Origin: Oscillospiraceae bacterium
Lineage (GTDB): Bacteria > Bacillota > Clostridia > Oscillospirales > CAG-272
Direction: 5' to 3'
Assembly: GCA_015064585.1 (NCBI GenBank)
Contig: SVRY01000006.1
Location: 2,209 to 66,208, forward strand
Length of the DNA: 64,000 nt
The notes beneath the pieces were generated by a model. It was not told the DNA's origin. It made no database searches and saw only the letters and a list, made by a program, of their open reading frames with translations. Every line of letters starts with the position of its first letter. The first letter of the stretch is position 1. Of this stretch, positions 20,247-29,615 are shown one piece after another. The translations under genes were made by a program, and so were the position numbers.

Positions 20247-20721
20247 AGTAGTCCTCCTTTCTGATCCGATAGTGCGGATTCTCTTCCCAGTTGTGTTTTC
20301 CCTCTTGGATATAGCGAATCAGTATCTCCATGTCTCTGCCAAAAAAGAGTTCGATTGAACCATGGCTGATATTATCAAAAAAATCTACCATGGCGGCAAT
20401 TACGGCGTTATCGTTGATCTCAAGGGGGGCTTGCCGTTTGATATGGTAAAATGCTTCTGTCATTTCATTCACTATGTCAGCAAAGTTGGAATTGTCCACG
20501 TAACAGGATGCGGCAAAGGCTTCGAGCAGTTTGGAAACGCCTTTGCATCCGACCTCTATGATCCGATTTTCGGAAAGGGAGGTTTGAAAGGTGAGAGCAA
20601 GCTCCATTGCTTGTGCTTCGGTCAGTACAAGACCGTATTTTTCCGTGCGTTCGTTGGTTTTTAAGAGTAGTTGCTGCGTCGTGTTTGGGGACGGAACGAT
20701 TAGGCTAAATATGTTTTGCAT
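20200..20721 (-). CDS. DUF6323-like hypothetical protein
   Basis: NERTEKYGLVLTEAQA..RIIEVG..FAASCYV..FYHIK pattern; SD AAAGGAG. Confidence 0.65.
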   Translation of the reverse strand: MQNIFSLIVPSPNTTQQLLLKTNERTEKYGLVLTEAQAMELALTFQTSLSENRIIEVGCKGVSKLLEAFAASCYVDNSNFADIVNEMTEAFYHIKRQAPLEINDNAVIAAMVDFFDNISHGSIELFFGRDMEILIRYIQEGKHNWEENPHYRIRKEDYYDTAPDYTGTYADDF

Positions 20722-21049
20722 ATGATCAACTCCTTTCATGGTCATTATACAGAATAAATTGTAAAATACAAGTCTTGACTTTTGGTGCGTTTTGTGGTAT
20801 AATTAGGGCGGTGAAAAAGAGAGAAAAACGCTGTTTTTGTGGATAAAAACGGCGTTTTTTGCATCAAAACGGTAGCATCTGTGCCTGTGCTGTGTTCTTT
20901 TTATAAAAAATGCTCAATAAAAAACAGAAAGTTTGTGCAAAAGGTAGAAAAAGTGCACGGACGGCAATATTGCTGATTGAAAATAAAAATATTTTGTAAA
21001 TTTTCAAAAAATACTTTACAAATCTTTGGTTTTATGGTACAATGCATTT

Positions 21050-21150
21050 CGGTTGCGCTGACAACCGGAAAGAACGCATCCGCAGGGAACGGATAAAGCG
21101 GTTATTTGCCGATCTCACCCACCGCCCCTTCGGTTGACGAAATATTTTAT
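21050..21150 (+). promoter_or_regulatory. rpsO promoter-proximal structured leader (putative S15 autoregulatory leader)
   Basis: Follows TTTACA-17-TACAAT promoter; GC-rich pairings ahead of the rpsO SD. Assigned by position. Confidence 0.5.
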
Positions 21151-21164
21151 AGAGGTGAACAAAT

Positions 21165-21431
21165 ATGTTACTCAAAGACGAAAAGCAAAAGATTATTGAA
21201 ACTTACGCTACCCATGAAGGCGACACCGGTTCTCCCGAAGTTCAGATCGCTGTTCTGACCGCCCGCATCAACCAGCTCACTGAGCACCTGAAGGTGAATG
21301 CAAAGGACCACCACAGCCGCAGAGGTCTTTTGAAGATGGTTGGTCACAGAAGAAACCTGCTGAACTACCTTCAGAAGAAGGATATCACCCGTTACCGTGA
21401 TATCGTTGAAAAGCTGGGTCTGCGTAAATAA
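21165..21431 (+). CDS. rpsO: 30S ribosomal protein S15
   Basis: [24 protein letters not shown] motif. Confidence 0.99.
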   Translation: MLLKDEKQKIIETYATHEGDTGSPEVQIAVLTARINQLTEHLKVNAKDHHSRRGLLKMVGHRRNLLNYLQKKDITRYRDIVEKLGLRK

Positions 21432-21444
21432 TTTTCGCCAAATG

Positions 21445-21472
21445 AGGGGTGTATGCTGAATCGTACACCCCT
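21445..21472 (+). terminator. Hairpin after rpsO
   Basis: AGGGGTGTAYG...CGTACACCCCT stem. Confidence 0.55.
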
Positions 21473-21594
21473 TGAAAATATTATATTATAAAAGATATGC
21501 CAGGTGGAATTAGCAGTTAAATATGCCGTTTGTTTATATGAACGGTGTATTTAAGTGCTAAACCTGCCGGGCAAGAAAGAAGAGGAAAAGCATT

Positions 21595-24012
21595 ATGGCA
21601 ATGTCAACACAGCTTGAATTCAAGAATTTTAAGACATTCGAAACCACCGTTGCCGGTAGAACTTTGCGCGTGGAAACCGGTAAAATGGCAGGTCTGGCCA
21701 ATGGCTCCTGCCTTATTCAGTATGGCGAAACCAGCATTCTCGCCACCGCTACCGCATCTGCAAAGCCCAGAGACGGTATTGACTTTTTGCCCCTGTCGGT
21801 AGATTTTGATGAAAGAATGTACGCTGTTGGTAAGATCCCCGGCGGATATCTGCGCAGAGAAGGCAGACCTTCCGAAAAATCCATTCTCACCTCCCGTGTG
21901 ATCGACCGCCCCATTCGTCCCCTGTTCCCTAAGGATTTGCGTAATGATGTGGCACTGAACTTGATGGTTATGAGCGTGGACTACGATTGCTCTCACGAAA
22001 TTACCGGTATGATCGGTGCATCTATCGCACTCTCCATTTCCGATATTCCGTGGAACGGACCGATTGCGGGTGTATTTGTAGGTTTGGTTGACGGCAAGAT
22101 CGTCATCAACCCCACCCAGGAGCAGAGAAAAGTAAGCGACCTGCAACTGACTGTTGCCGGCTCTAAGGAAAAGGTTGTAATGATCGAAGCAGGTGCCAAC
22201 GAAGTAGACGATGACACCATGTTCGAAGCAATCATGCAGGCACACGCAGAGATCAAGAAGATCTGTGCCTTCATTGATGAGATCGTTGCTGAGATCGGTA
22301 AGCCTAAGTTTGACTATCCTTCCTGCGAACTGGATCACGATATGTTTGACAAGGTATTCGCATATTGCGAAAAGGCTGTTATGGAAGCACTGGATACCGA
22401 CGATAAAAATGTGCGTGACGCCAAGATGCAGCCCATTCAGGATGATATCGTTGAAAAATTCAGCGAAGAATATCCCGACATCGCCGCTATTCTGCCTGAG
22501 TTGATTTACAAGATTCAGAAAAAGATCGTTCGCAGATGGTTGCTCGTTGACAAGAAGAGAGTCGACGGCAGAACGATGGATCAGATCCGTCCTTTGGATG
22601 CGCAGGTTGATCTGCTTCCCAAAGTACACGGCTCCGGTATGTTCACCCGTGGTCAGACCCAGGTTTTGACCATTGCAACTCTCGGTACTCTTTCCGAAAG
22701 TCAGGAATTGGATACCATTGACGAAGAAGTGACTAAGCGCTATATGCATCACTATAACTTCCCCGGTTTCTCTGTCGGTGAAGCAAAGGCAGTTCGTTCT
22801 CCCGGACGCCGCGAGATTGGTCACGGTGCATTGGCTGAAAGATCTTTGATCCCTGTTCTTCCTTCTGTGGAAGAATTCCCCTATGCAATCCGTACTGTTT
22901 CCGAGGTTATTTCCTCTAACGGATCTACCTCTCAGGCTTCCGTTTGCGGCTCTACTTTGGCACTGATGGCGGCAGGTGTTCCGCTGAAAGCTCCCGTTGC
23001 CGGTATTTCTTGCGGTCTGATCACTGCTGAAGACGGCTCATTTGACACCATGATTGATATTCAGGGTCTGGAAGACTTCTACGGAGATATGGACTTTAAG
23101 GTAGCAGGTACTCACAAGGGTATTACCTCTATTCAGATGGACCTGAAGGTTGACGGCTTGACTCCTGAGATCATCAAGAGCGCGTTTGAAAAGACCAAGA
23201 AGGGCAGAGAATATATCATTGACGAAGTGATCCTGAAGGCAATTCCCGCTCCCAGAGAAGAAGTTGCGGAAACTGCCCCTAAGATGATCACTATGCAGAT
23301 CAAGCCCGAAAAGATTCGTGAAGTAATCGGTAAGGGCGGCGAAGTCATCCAAAAGATCGTCGCTGAAACCGGCGCAAAGATCGACATTCAGGATGATGGT
23401 ACCGTATATATCGCTTCTGCTGACCGTAACGGTGCTTTGGCAGCTAAGGCGCAAATTGATGCGATCTGCTTTGAACCTGAAGTGGGTGCTATTTACACCG
23501 GTAAGGTTACCCGTATTATCGAATGCGGTGCATATGTTGAATTTGCTCCCGGCAAGGAAGCCCTCTGCCATGTTCGCAATTTGGACACCAAGTTTGTAGA
23601 AAAGGTTGAGGATGTTGTCAGCGTTGGCGATGAGATCATTGTAATGTACACCGGTATCGACGATAAGGGCAGAATGAACCTGTCCCGTAAGGCAGCCCTC
23701 GGCGGCGGTGAAGAAGGCGAAAGTCGTCCTCCTCGCGCTCCCCGTGAAGGTGGCAACCGTAACGGCGGCGATCGCGGCAATCGCGGTGGTGACCGTGGCG
23801 GCAACCGCGGCGGCAACCGTAACGGCGGCGGTGATCGCGGTCCCAGAGCTCCCCGTGAGCAAAGAGAGCCCCGCGCTCCCAGAATGGAAGAGGTAAAGGT
23901 TGAAGCACCTGCGCCCAAAGCTGAGCCTGCTCCTATTCCTGCTGTCGAAGTTGCAGAAACCGATGATAAAAAGAACAGCGGCTTCTTCTCCATTTTCAAG
24001 AAGAAGGACTAA
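21595..24012 (+). CDS. pnp: Polyribonucleotide nucleotidyltransferase (PNPase)
   Basis: Two RNase PH domains (RREGRPS, FTRGQTQ, RREIGHG, SNGSTS, GDMDFKVAG), KH (IGKGG) and S1 domains; follows rpsO. Confidence 0.99.
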   Translation: MAMSTQLEFKNFKTFETTVAGRTLRVETGKMAGLANGSCLIQYGETSILATATASAKPRDGIDFLPLSVDFDERMYAVGKIPGGYLRREGRPSEKSILTSRVIDRPIRPLFPKDLRNDVALNLMVMSVDYDCSHEITGMIGASIALSISDIPWNGPIAGVFVGLVDGKIVINPTQEQRKVSDLQLTVAGSKEKVVMIEAGANEVDDDTMFEAIMQAHAEIKKICAFIDEIVAEIGKPKFDYPSCELDHDMFDKVFAYCEKAVMEALDTDDKNVRDAKMQPIQDDIVEKFSEEYPDIAAILPELIYKIQKKIVRRWLLVDKKRVDGRTMDQIRPLDAQVDLLPKVHGSGMFTRGQTQVLTIATLGTLSESQELDTIDEEVTKRYMHHYNFPGFSVGEAKAVRSPGRREIGHGALAERSLIPVLPSVEEFPYAIRTVSEVISSNGSTSQASVCGSTLALMAAGVPLKAPVAGISCGLITAEDGSFDTMIDIQGLEDFYGDMDFKVAGTHKGITSIQMDLKVDGLTPEIIKSAFEKTKKGREYIIDEVILKAIPAPREEVAETAPKMITMQIKPEKIREVIGKGGEVIQKIVAETGAKIDIQDDGTVYIASADRNGALAAKAQIDAICFEPEVGAIYTGKVTRIIECGAYVEFAPGKEALCHVRNLDTKFVEKVEDVVSVGDEIIVMYTGIDDKGRMNLSRKAALGGGEEGESRPPRAPREGGNRNGGDRGNRGGDRGGNRGGNRNGGGDRGPRAPREQREPRAPRMEEVKVEAPAPKAEPAPIPAVEVAETDDKKNSGFFSIFKKKD

Positions 24013-24014
24013 TA

Positions 24015-24062
24015 TAAACGTAAAAAGGAGTTTGTGTTTTGAGCAAACTCCTTTTTACGTTT
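24015..24062. terminator. Terminator after pnp
   Basis: AAACGTAAAAAGGAGTTTG...CAAACTCCTTTTTACGTTT inverted repeat. Confidence 0.8.
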
Positions 24063-24141
24063 GTTTTTACATGAAATTCTGTCTGACATATGGAAAAACA
24101 AAACAATCGATCAAATGCACTTGCAGCTGACCGATTGTTTC

Positions 24142-24786
24142 TTATAATGTTTGTAAAAAACCTGCCAGACGGTCGGCAATCAATACATGTCCTGCATCGT
24201 TTGGGTGCAGACCGTCGGGACAAAGACGCTCACGATTGCCGTCAAGATCGGGCTGAATGCCCGAAACGGCATATAAATCGAGCACGGGAATGGCATAGTA
24301 CTCTGCCACTTCTTTGATGATATTCACAAAGGTTTTTAAATTGGCAGTCTCCTTGTAGTTTGCCTTTTGATGACGGTCATTGCGGCAGTGCAGAGGAGTC
24401 ATAATGACAACAGTTGGATAGGTTTCAGCCAAATAGGAAAACAGCAGATGGCAAGCACCATAAAAGGTGTCGTCTCTGCGATCTTCAAAATGCCCAAGCG
24501 GTGCATCGCCATGACCGTAGTCATTGGTACCGCCGAAAAAGATACAGATATCTGCATCGGTATCCATTTCGCGGCAACGGTTGCACATTTCACCGTCGCT
24601 TTTGATCCAGTCGACCCATTCTAAGCGTTTGGCAATGCGAGTGGCGGAAATGCCGTAATTGGTTGCCTTTTCAAGATGAAAACGTTCTTTCAAAAGATTC
24701 AAATAAATTTTATCGGGATGGGATACCCCCCATCCTTCGGTGATACTGTCGCCGAGAAACACAATCTTTTTTCCTTCAATATTCAT
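24142..24786 (-). CDS. SGNH/GDSL hydrolase
   Basis: FLGDSIT, GGTND and DGLHPN motifs. Confidence 0.92.
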   Translation of the reverse strand: MNIEGKKIVFLGDSITEGWGVSHPDKIYLNLLKERFHLEKATNYGISATRIAKRLEWVDWIKSDGEMCNRCREMDTDADICIFFGGTNDYGHGDAPLGHFEDRRDDTFYGACHLLFSYLAETYPTVVIMTPLHCRNDRHQKANYKETANLKTFVNIIKEVAEYYAIPVLDLYAVSGIQPDLDGNRERLCPDGLHPNDAGHVLIADRLAGFLQTL

Positions 24787-24793
24787 AAATACC

Positions 24794-25264
24794 TCATCGT
24801 GTGATTGGATTTCCATTCAGTACCGCATCGGTCAGTTTGTCCCCGCGGTAGATTAGTTTTAGTGAAAAATAAGGAATATCCCGGGTGAGCAGTTCTAAGA
24901 ATATGCGGTCGCCCTCCCATAGCCGAAGATGTGGAACGTCTTCTTTGGATATCCATTTCAATTCACCTTCGCTACACTCCTGCAATGTTCCGGTAAAAGC
25001 GTCAGCAGTAAAAAGATGCATCCATTCACCTTCAAAGGTATCCGAAACAAAGGTTACAAGACCGCGGGCATGGCAGTTTTGTAAAATGAGTCCTGTTTCT
25101 TCCAAGACTTCTCTCAAGATGCATTCATCGGGAGATTCGTTTTCTTCGATGTGACCGCCTACTCCGATCCACTTGCCCTTATTAACATCTTGCTCTTTTT
25201 TTGTGCGGTGGAGCATGAGATAGCATCCGTCTTTTTCAATATAACATAAGGTAGTGGCCTTCAT
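24794..25264 (-). CDS. NUDIX hydrolase (8-oxo-dGTP diphosphatase-like)
   Basis: GGHIEENESPDECILREVLEETG Nudix box; LWEGDRIF. Confidence 0.92.
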   Translation of the reverse strand: MKATTLCYIEKDGCYLMLHRTKKEQDVNKGKWIGVGGHIEENESPDECILREVLEETGLILQNCHARGLVTFVSDTFEGEWMHLFTADAFTGTLQECSEGELKWISKEDVPHLRLWEGDRIFLELLTRDIPYFSLKLIYRGDKLTDAVLNGNPITR

Positions 25265-25668
25265 TCTTTGTCACCCTTAAATCCGTTCATGTCGAAACGG
25301 ATGATGTTTTGTTTTTCAATTTCTGCCATGGGAAAGATGATGGGAGGGATGCCTGCATTTACTGTAACGCCGGACAGCATGGCACGGGCAAAAGGAAAGA
25401 GTTCTTTGTAGGTTTGTATGTGAATGTTTTCTTTGGCAGTGCCTTCTTTATAGGAAAACAGTCCTATGATGACTGCGTGGATTCCAAACATATCGGGAGA
25501 TTCTTTATGCTGTGCATCCAGTGTCAATTCGCATTGGCAAAGATTGTTGCCGGCATATTTTACATTATACTGAAATTTATGTTCAAGCTGGATCCGGGTT
25601 CCGGGTTTTACTTTATTGATAAAACGGATCTCTTCGGCATGCCAGCCTTTCAGGGATACTTCACTCAT
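25261..25668 (-). CDS. SecB-like chaperone
   Basis: 135 aa, beta-rich N-part followed by LFPFARAMLSGVTVNAGIPPIIFP, resembling the SecB LFPYAR..GGFPPL motif. Confidence 0.65.
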   Translation of the reverse strand: MSEVSLKGWHAEEIRFINKVKPGTRIQLEHKFQYNVKYAGNNLCQCELTLDAQHKESPDMFGIHAVIIGLFSYKEGTAKENIHIQTYKELFPFARAMLSGVTVNAGIPPIIFPMAEIEKQNIIRFDMNGFKGDKE

Positions 25669-25851
25669 GATGTTCTCCTTTGCGTTTTTTCTATTGTATC
25701 ATTTTTTGTTGCAAAATTCAAGTCAAAATAGGAATGATTTTAACCATAGGAGGCGAAATTGACTATAAGTTTGTAGAATTTGCCTATTACATTTTTGGCT
25801 AGAAAGTGCTAAAATATAATTAGCAAATATCAGGAGCTTTTTGAGGTGGTT

Positions 25852-26370
25852 ATGAATTATCAAATTGGCGAGGTTGTGCTTTACGGCACGGAAGGGATCT
25901 GTACGGTGCTTGGGACCGAAGAGAAACGTTTCGGAAAAGAAGCGCTGATGTATTACGTACTGGAATCAAAGAGCAAAGGTTCGCGTATTTATGTGCCTTT
26001 TTCCAATGAAACGCTGGTCAACCGTATTCGCAAACCGCTTTTCGAAAATGAAATGAAAGAGTTGCTTGCAAGTATTGATACAATTGATGAGCTTGCATGG
26101 ATCGAGAATGACCGAGAACGTAAAACGGCGAATATGGCGTGCGTGGCAAACGGTTCGGCTACGGAACTGCTGATGCTTATGAAGACGATTCAAAGTCGCA
26201 GAATGGAGTTGGAAAGCAAAGGAAAGCGATTGTATGCCCATGATGATCGTTCTTACCGCGAAGCAAGAGCGCTTTTGGTGGCGGAAATGACCGCTTCCTT
26301 TGGAATTACCGAAGAGCAAGCAAGTATTATGCTGTTTGAAACCTGGGAACCGCTCGGAATAGCGGAATAA
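25852..26370 (+). CDS. CarD family transcriptional regulator
   Basis: YQIGEVVLYGTEGIC..YYVL..IYVP N-terminal CarD RID pattern. Confidence 0.85.
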   Translation: MNYQIGEVVLYGTEGICTVLGTEEKRFGKEALMYYVLESKSKGSRIYVPFSNETLVNRIRKPLFENEMKELLASIDTIDELAWIENDRERKTANMACVANGSATELLMLMKTIQSRRMELESKGKRLYAHDDRSYREARALLVAEMTASFGITEEQASIMLFETWEPLGIAE

Positions 26371-26467
26371 ATATTTTATTATTATATAACCAAAGAGAGA
26401 TTTCTTAGCAATGAGACATCTCTCTTTGTTTTGTTTATGGTATTTAAAGTTTCAAAGGTAGGATGGT

Positions 26468-27238
26468 TTACAGATAATTGACTGCCAGTATGACCGCTCC
26501 AAGGACAGTTAGAATGATGCCCGTGGCACGATTAAGGGTTTTGGGTGATGCTTTGTTTGCCCAAAGTGCGGCAAGCCTTGCCCAAAGAAGGGTGAAAACG
26601 ATGCATAGAAATAGGATTGTCAAATCAGGCATACCGCCTGCAATAAAATGACTGACCGATCCGGTAAAGGCAGTAAATGCCATGATGAAAACACTGGTGC
26701 CCACGGCAGTTTTCAGCTCATAGCCGAGAACTCCTGTCAAAATCAATAGCATCATCATGCCGCCGCCTGCGCCTACAAAGCCGCAGATGAATCCGATGAG
26801 AATGCCGCAAAGCAAACTTTCGGTGATCTGACGGCGGCGGGATTTCCCGCCTCTTGCCTCTTTTGTGGTCATAACAGGCTTTACGATAAATTTAATACCC
26901 AGTATCATGGTCATAAATACCGAGAAATTCCCCATGGTGGAGCGTTCTACCTGATTGGCAACCAAACTGCCAACCACGGTGAACAAAAGGACAGCGCACA
27001 TCATAACGATCCCGTTTTTGATGTCCAAATTTTTGTTTTTGCCATATGTATATGCCGAAACGGCGCTGGCAAGCACATCGGAAGCAAGGGCGATACCCAC
27101 AGCAAGGTAGGGATCCATATTCAAAAAGGTGGTAAGCATGGGACTAATGACTGCCGCGGCACTCATGCCAGCAAAACCGGTACCGAGTCCGGCTCCCATG
27201 CCTGCAAGAAAACAGATGAAAATCTTATAAACTAACAT
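26468..27238 (-). CDS. Sulfite exporter TauE/SafE family membrane protein
   Basis: Multi-TM; GFVGAGGG and AVGTS motifs. Confidence 0.85.
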   Translation of the reverse strand: MLVYKIFICFLAGMGAGLGTGFAGMSAAAVISPMLTTFLNMDPYLAVGIALASDVLASAVSAYTYGKNKNLDIKNGIVMMCAVLLFTVVGSLVANQVERSTMGNFSVFMTMILGIKFIVKPVMTTKEARGGKSRRRQITESLLCGILIGFICGFVGAGGGMMMLLILTGVLGYELKTAVGTSVFIMAFTAFTGSVSHFIAGGMPDLTILFLCIVFTLLWARLAALWANKASPKTLNRATGIILTVLGAVILAVNYL

Positions 27239-27332
27239 GTTTTTCTCCTGTATGATAGTAGGAGAATTGTAGCATAAGTTCAAAGAAAAGTCAAGAAAAA
27301 TGAGCCGCTATGAATAAGCGGCTCAAAACGCA

Positions 27333-29015
27333 TTATAAATTGATGATTACCGGCAGAACCATGGGACGGCGCTTGGTTTTGTTGTAAATGAGATGATTGA
27401 TGTCGTCGCGGAGTTTGTTTTTGATTTGCGCCCAATCGTTGATTCCCATGCCAAGGCTGTCACTGAGACTATCAAACGCTTCTTGTTTCAGATCAGCCAT
27501 CAATTCTTCCGATTCTTTGACATATACAAAACCGCGGGTGACAATGTCGGGGGCGGATGCAATGGTGTTGTCATAACTGTTTACCACCGCTACGATGACG
27601 ATGATGCCGTCCTCGCCCAAATGTTTGCGGTCACGCAGTACAATGCTGCCCACATCCCCGACACCTTTTCCGTCGATCATGATCTTGCCGGCAGGCACTG
27701 TACCATTGAATGCGGCAGATTTTTGACCCACTTCCAATACTTTTCCAATGTCGGAAACAAAAATGTTTTTTTCAGGCATTCCCATTTCGATAGCGAGATC
27801 TCTGTGCGAACAAAGGTGCTTACACTCACCGTGAATGGGCATGAAAAACTTTGGCTTGATCAGAGCGTGCATCAGCTTGATTTCTTCGCGGCAGGCGTGT
27901 CCCGATACATGAACATCGGAGGTCGCTTCACGGTAAACTGAAATGCCTCTGCGGTAGAGTTCGTTTACGATATTATCCACCAGCTTTTCATTTCCGGGGA
28001 TGGGGTGAGCGGAAATGACTACAAGGTCTTTGCTGCCTAAGATCACGCGGTCGTGCTCGCCGTATGCCATACGGTAAAGCGCAGACATGGGCTCTCCTTG
28101 GCTGCCGGTGCAGATGATGGTGAGCTGTTCGGGATTATATCGTTTCATCTCGTTGATGTCCGCAAGTAAGCCTTCCGGCACGTTCATGTAGCCGAGTTCA
28201 CTGGCGGCGGATACAATATTTTGCATACTGCGTCCCGTTATGGCAACTTTTCTGCCATAACGGGCGCTTTTGTCTATGATCTGCTGTACACGGTGTACGT
28301 TGGATGAAAAGGTGGCAATGACAAGACGCTTATCGCGGTTTTGGGAGAAGATGTTGTCTAGTGCCTGCCCCACCGTACGTTCGGAAGGTGTATAACCGGG
28401 GCGCTCCACATTGGTCGATTCGCAGAGCATTAACAATACACCTTTTTTGCCGATTTCGGCAAGACGGTGCAGATCCATAACATCTCCGTCGATAGGCGTC
28501 AGATCCAGTTTGAAGTCACCGGTGTGCAAAACGGTACCAATGGGGGTTTTGATTGCCAGACAACAGGCGTCTGCAATGGAGTGGTTAACGCGAATAAATT
28601 CCACTTGGAAATTTCCGACTTTTACAGTGTCACCGGCTTCTACATCCACAAGCTCGGGAATGAAGTCCAAATTATGCTCTTGTAATTTGTTTTGCAGAAT
28701 GCCGATGGCAAGGCGAGTAGCGAAAATAGGTATGTTCAGCGTTTTTAATAAATAGGGGAGTGCGCCAATGTGATCCTCGTGCCCATGGGTGATAAAAACG
28801 CCAAGCAGTTTTTCCTGATTTTTTTCCACATAGGAAAAATCGGGGATCACCAGATCGATTCCCAACATATCATCGTCCGGGAAACCAATACCGCAGTCAA
28901 TAATAATCATTTCATCTTTATATTCGATGAGGGTCATGTTTTTGCCGATCTCATTCAGACCGCCCAGCAACATGACTTTTAGTTTTTCTTCGGGTTTCTT
29001 TACGTTCTTTGCCAT
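27333..29015 (-). CDS. rnj: Ribonuclease J
   Basis: GGLNEIGKN, THGHEDHIG, TGDFK, TGSQGEP and HVSGHA motifs. Confidence 0.97.
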   Translation of the reverse strand: MAKNVKKPEEKLKVMLLGGLNEIGKNMTLIEYKDEMIIIDCGIGFPDDDMLGIDLVIPDFSYVEKNQEKLLGVFITHGHEDHIGALPYLLKTLNIPIFATRLAIGILQNKLQEHNLDFIPELVDVEAGDTVKVGNFQVEFIRVNHSIADACCLAIKTPIGTVLHTGDFKLDLTPIDGDVMDLHRLAEIGKKGVLLMLCESTNVERPGYTPSERTVGQALDNIFSQNRDKRLVIATFSSNVHRVQQIIDKSARYGRKVAITGRSMQNIVSAASELGYMNVPEGLLADINEMKRYNPEQLTIICTGSQGEPMSALYRMAYGEHDRVILGSKDLVVISAHPIPGNEKLVDNIVNELYRRGISVYREATSDVHVSGHACREEIKLMHALIKPKFFMPIHGECKHLCSHRDLAIEMGMPEKNIFVSDIGKVLEVGQKSAAFNGTVPAGKIMIDGKGVGDVGSIVLRDRKHLGEDGIIVIVAVVNSYDNTIASAPDIVTRGFVYVKESEELMADLKQEAFDSLSDSLGMGINDWAQIKNKLRDDINHLIYNKTKRRPMVLPVIINL

Positions 29016-29200
29016 ATAGTTCCTTTCTGTAAAAATGTGCAACAAAGCAAAGGGCATTTACTTAACGTCAAATGTCCCTGTAAATGTATTGCGGTGTCCG
29101 ATACGTTCCAAGCCCACAGAACGATGGCTGTACCGCATTTGTACGATTATCTGTCAAGAGTAATATAACAAATAAATATGAATAAATTATGAACAAAATG

Positions 29201-29488
29201 TTAAAACAGCACTGCGTACAGGAGCGTGGTCAGACCTACAATGCTAAGGGAAGTGAAAATGCCCAAGAAAAACCAACCAAAACGTTGTCGGATAGGGGAA
29301 ACAGCCTTTTTGTTTTTTTGATAGACGCGTTGACTCTGTGCATGCTGAATAATACGGTTTGCTTCTTCCACCATAGCGCTGTCTTCCGTATATTCCATTT
29401 TGTCTTTTAATATCAAATATACTTCTTCAAAGCATTGGCTGTCATCGGTTTTTAGTACGATCATTTTCTTTTGTAGGCTTTTTTGCAA
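29201..29488 (-). CDS. Small hypothetical protein with C-terminal TM
   Basis: TTG start after AAGGTGGG; KKMIVLK..FEEVYLILK..MVEEANRII; divergent from the nucleotidyltransferase-spoIIR pair. Confidence 0.65.
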   Translation of the reverse strand: MQKSLQKKMIVLKTDDSQCFEEVYLILKDKMEYTEDSAMVEEANRIIQHAQSQRVYQKNKKAVSPIRQRFGWFFLGIFTSLSIVGLTTLLYAVLF

Positions 29489-29615
29489 TTAAAATCCCAC
29501 CTTTCATAAGACGGATAGAATATTCTTTTCCATGCTGAGGAAAAATATTCACCTTTCGGAATAAAGCCGACAGAAAAGGAAAAAATAGTATTAAAAGCGA
29601 AATGAAAGGTGAACA

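Noticed and set aside
21604-23999. Long antisense ORFs (406, 274, 168 aa) opposite pnp
   Set aside because: Shadow ORFs of a highly codon-biased gene; no SD or recognisable motifs.
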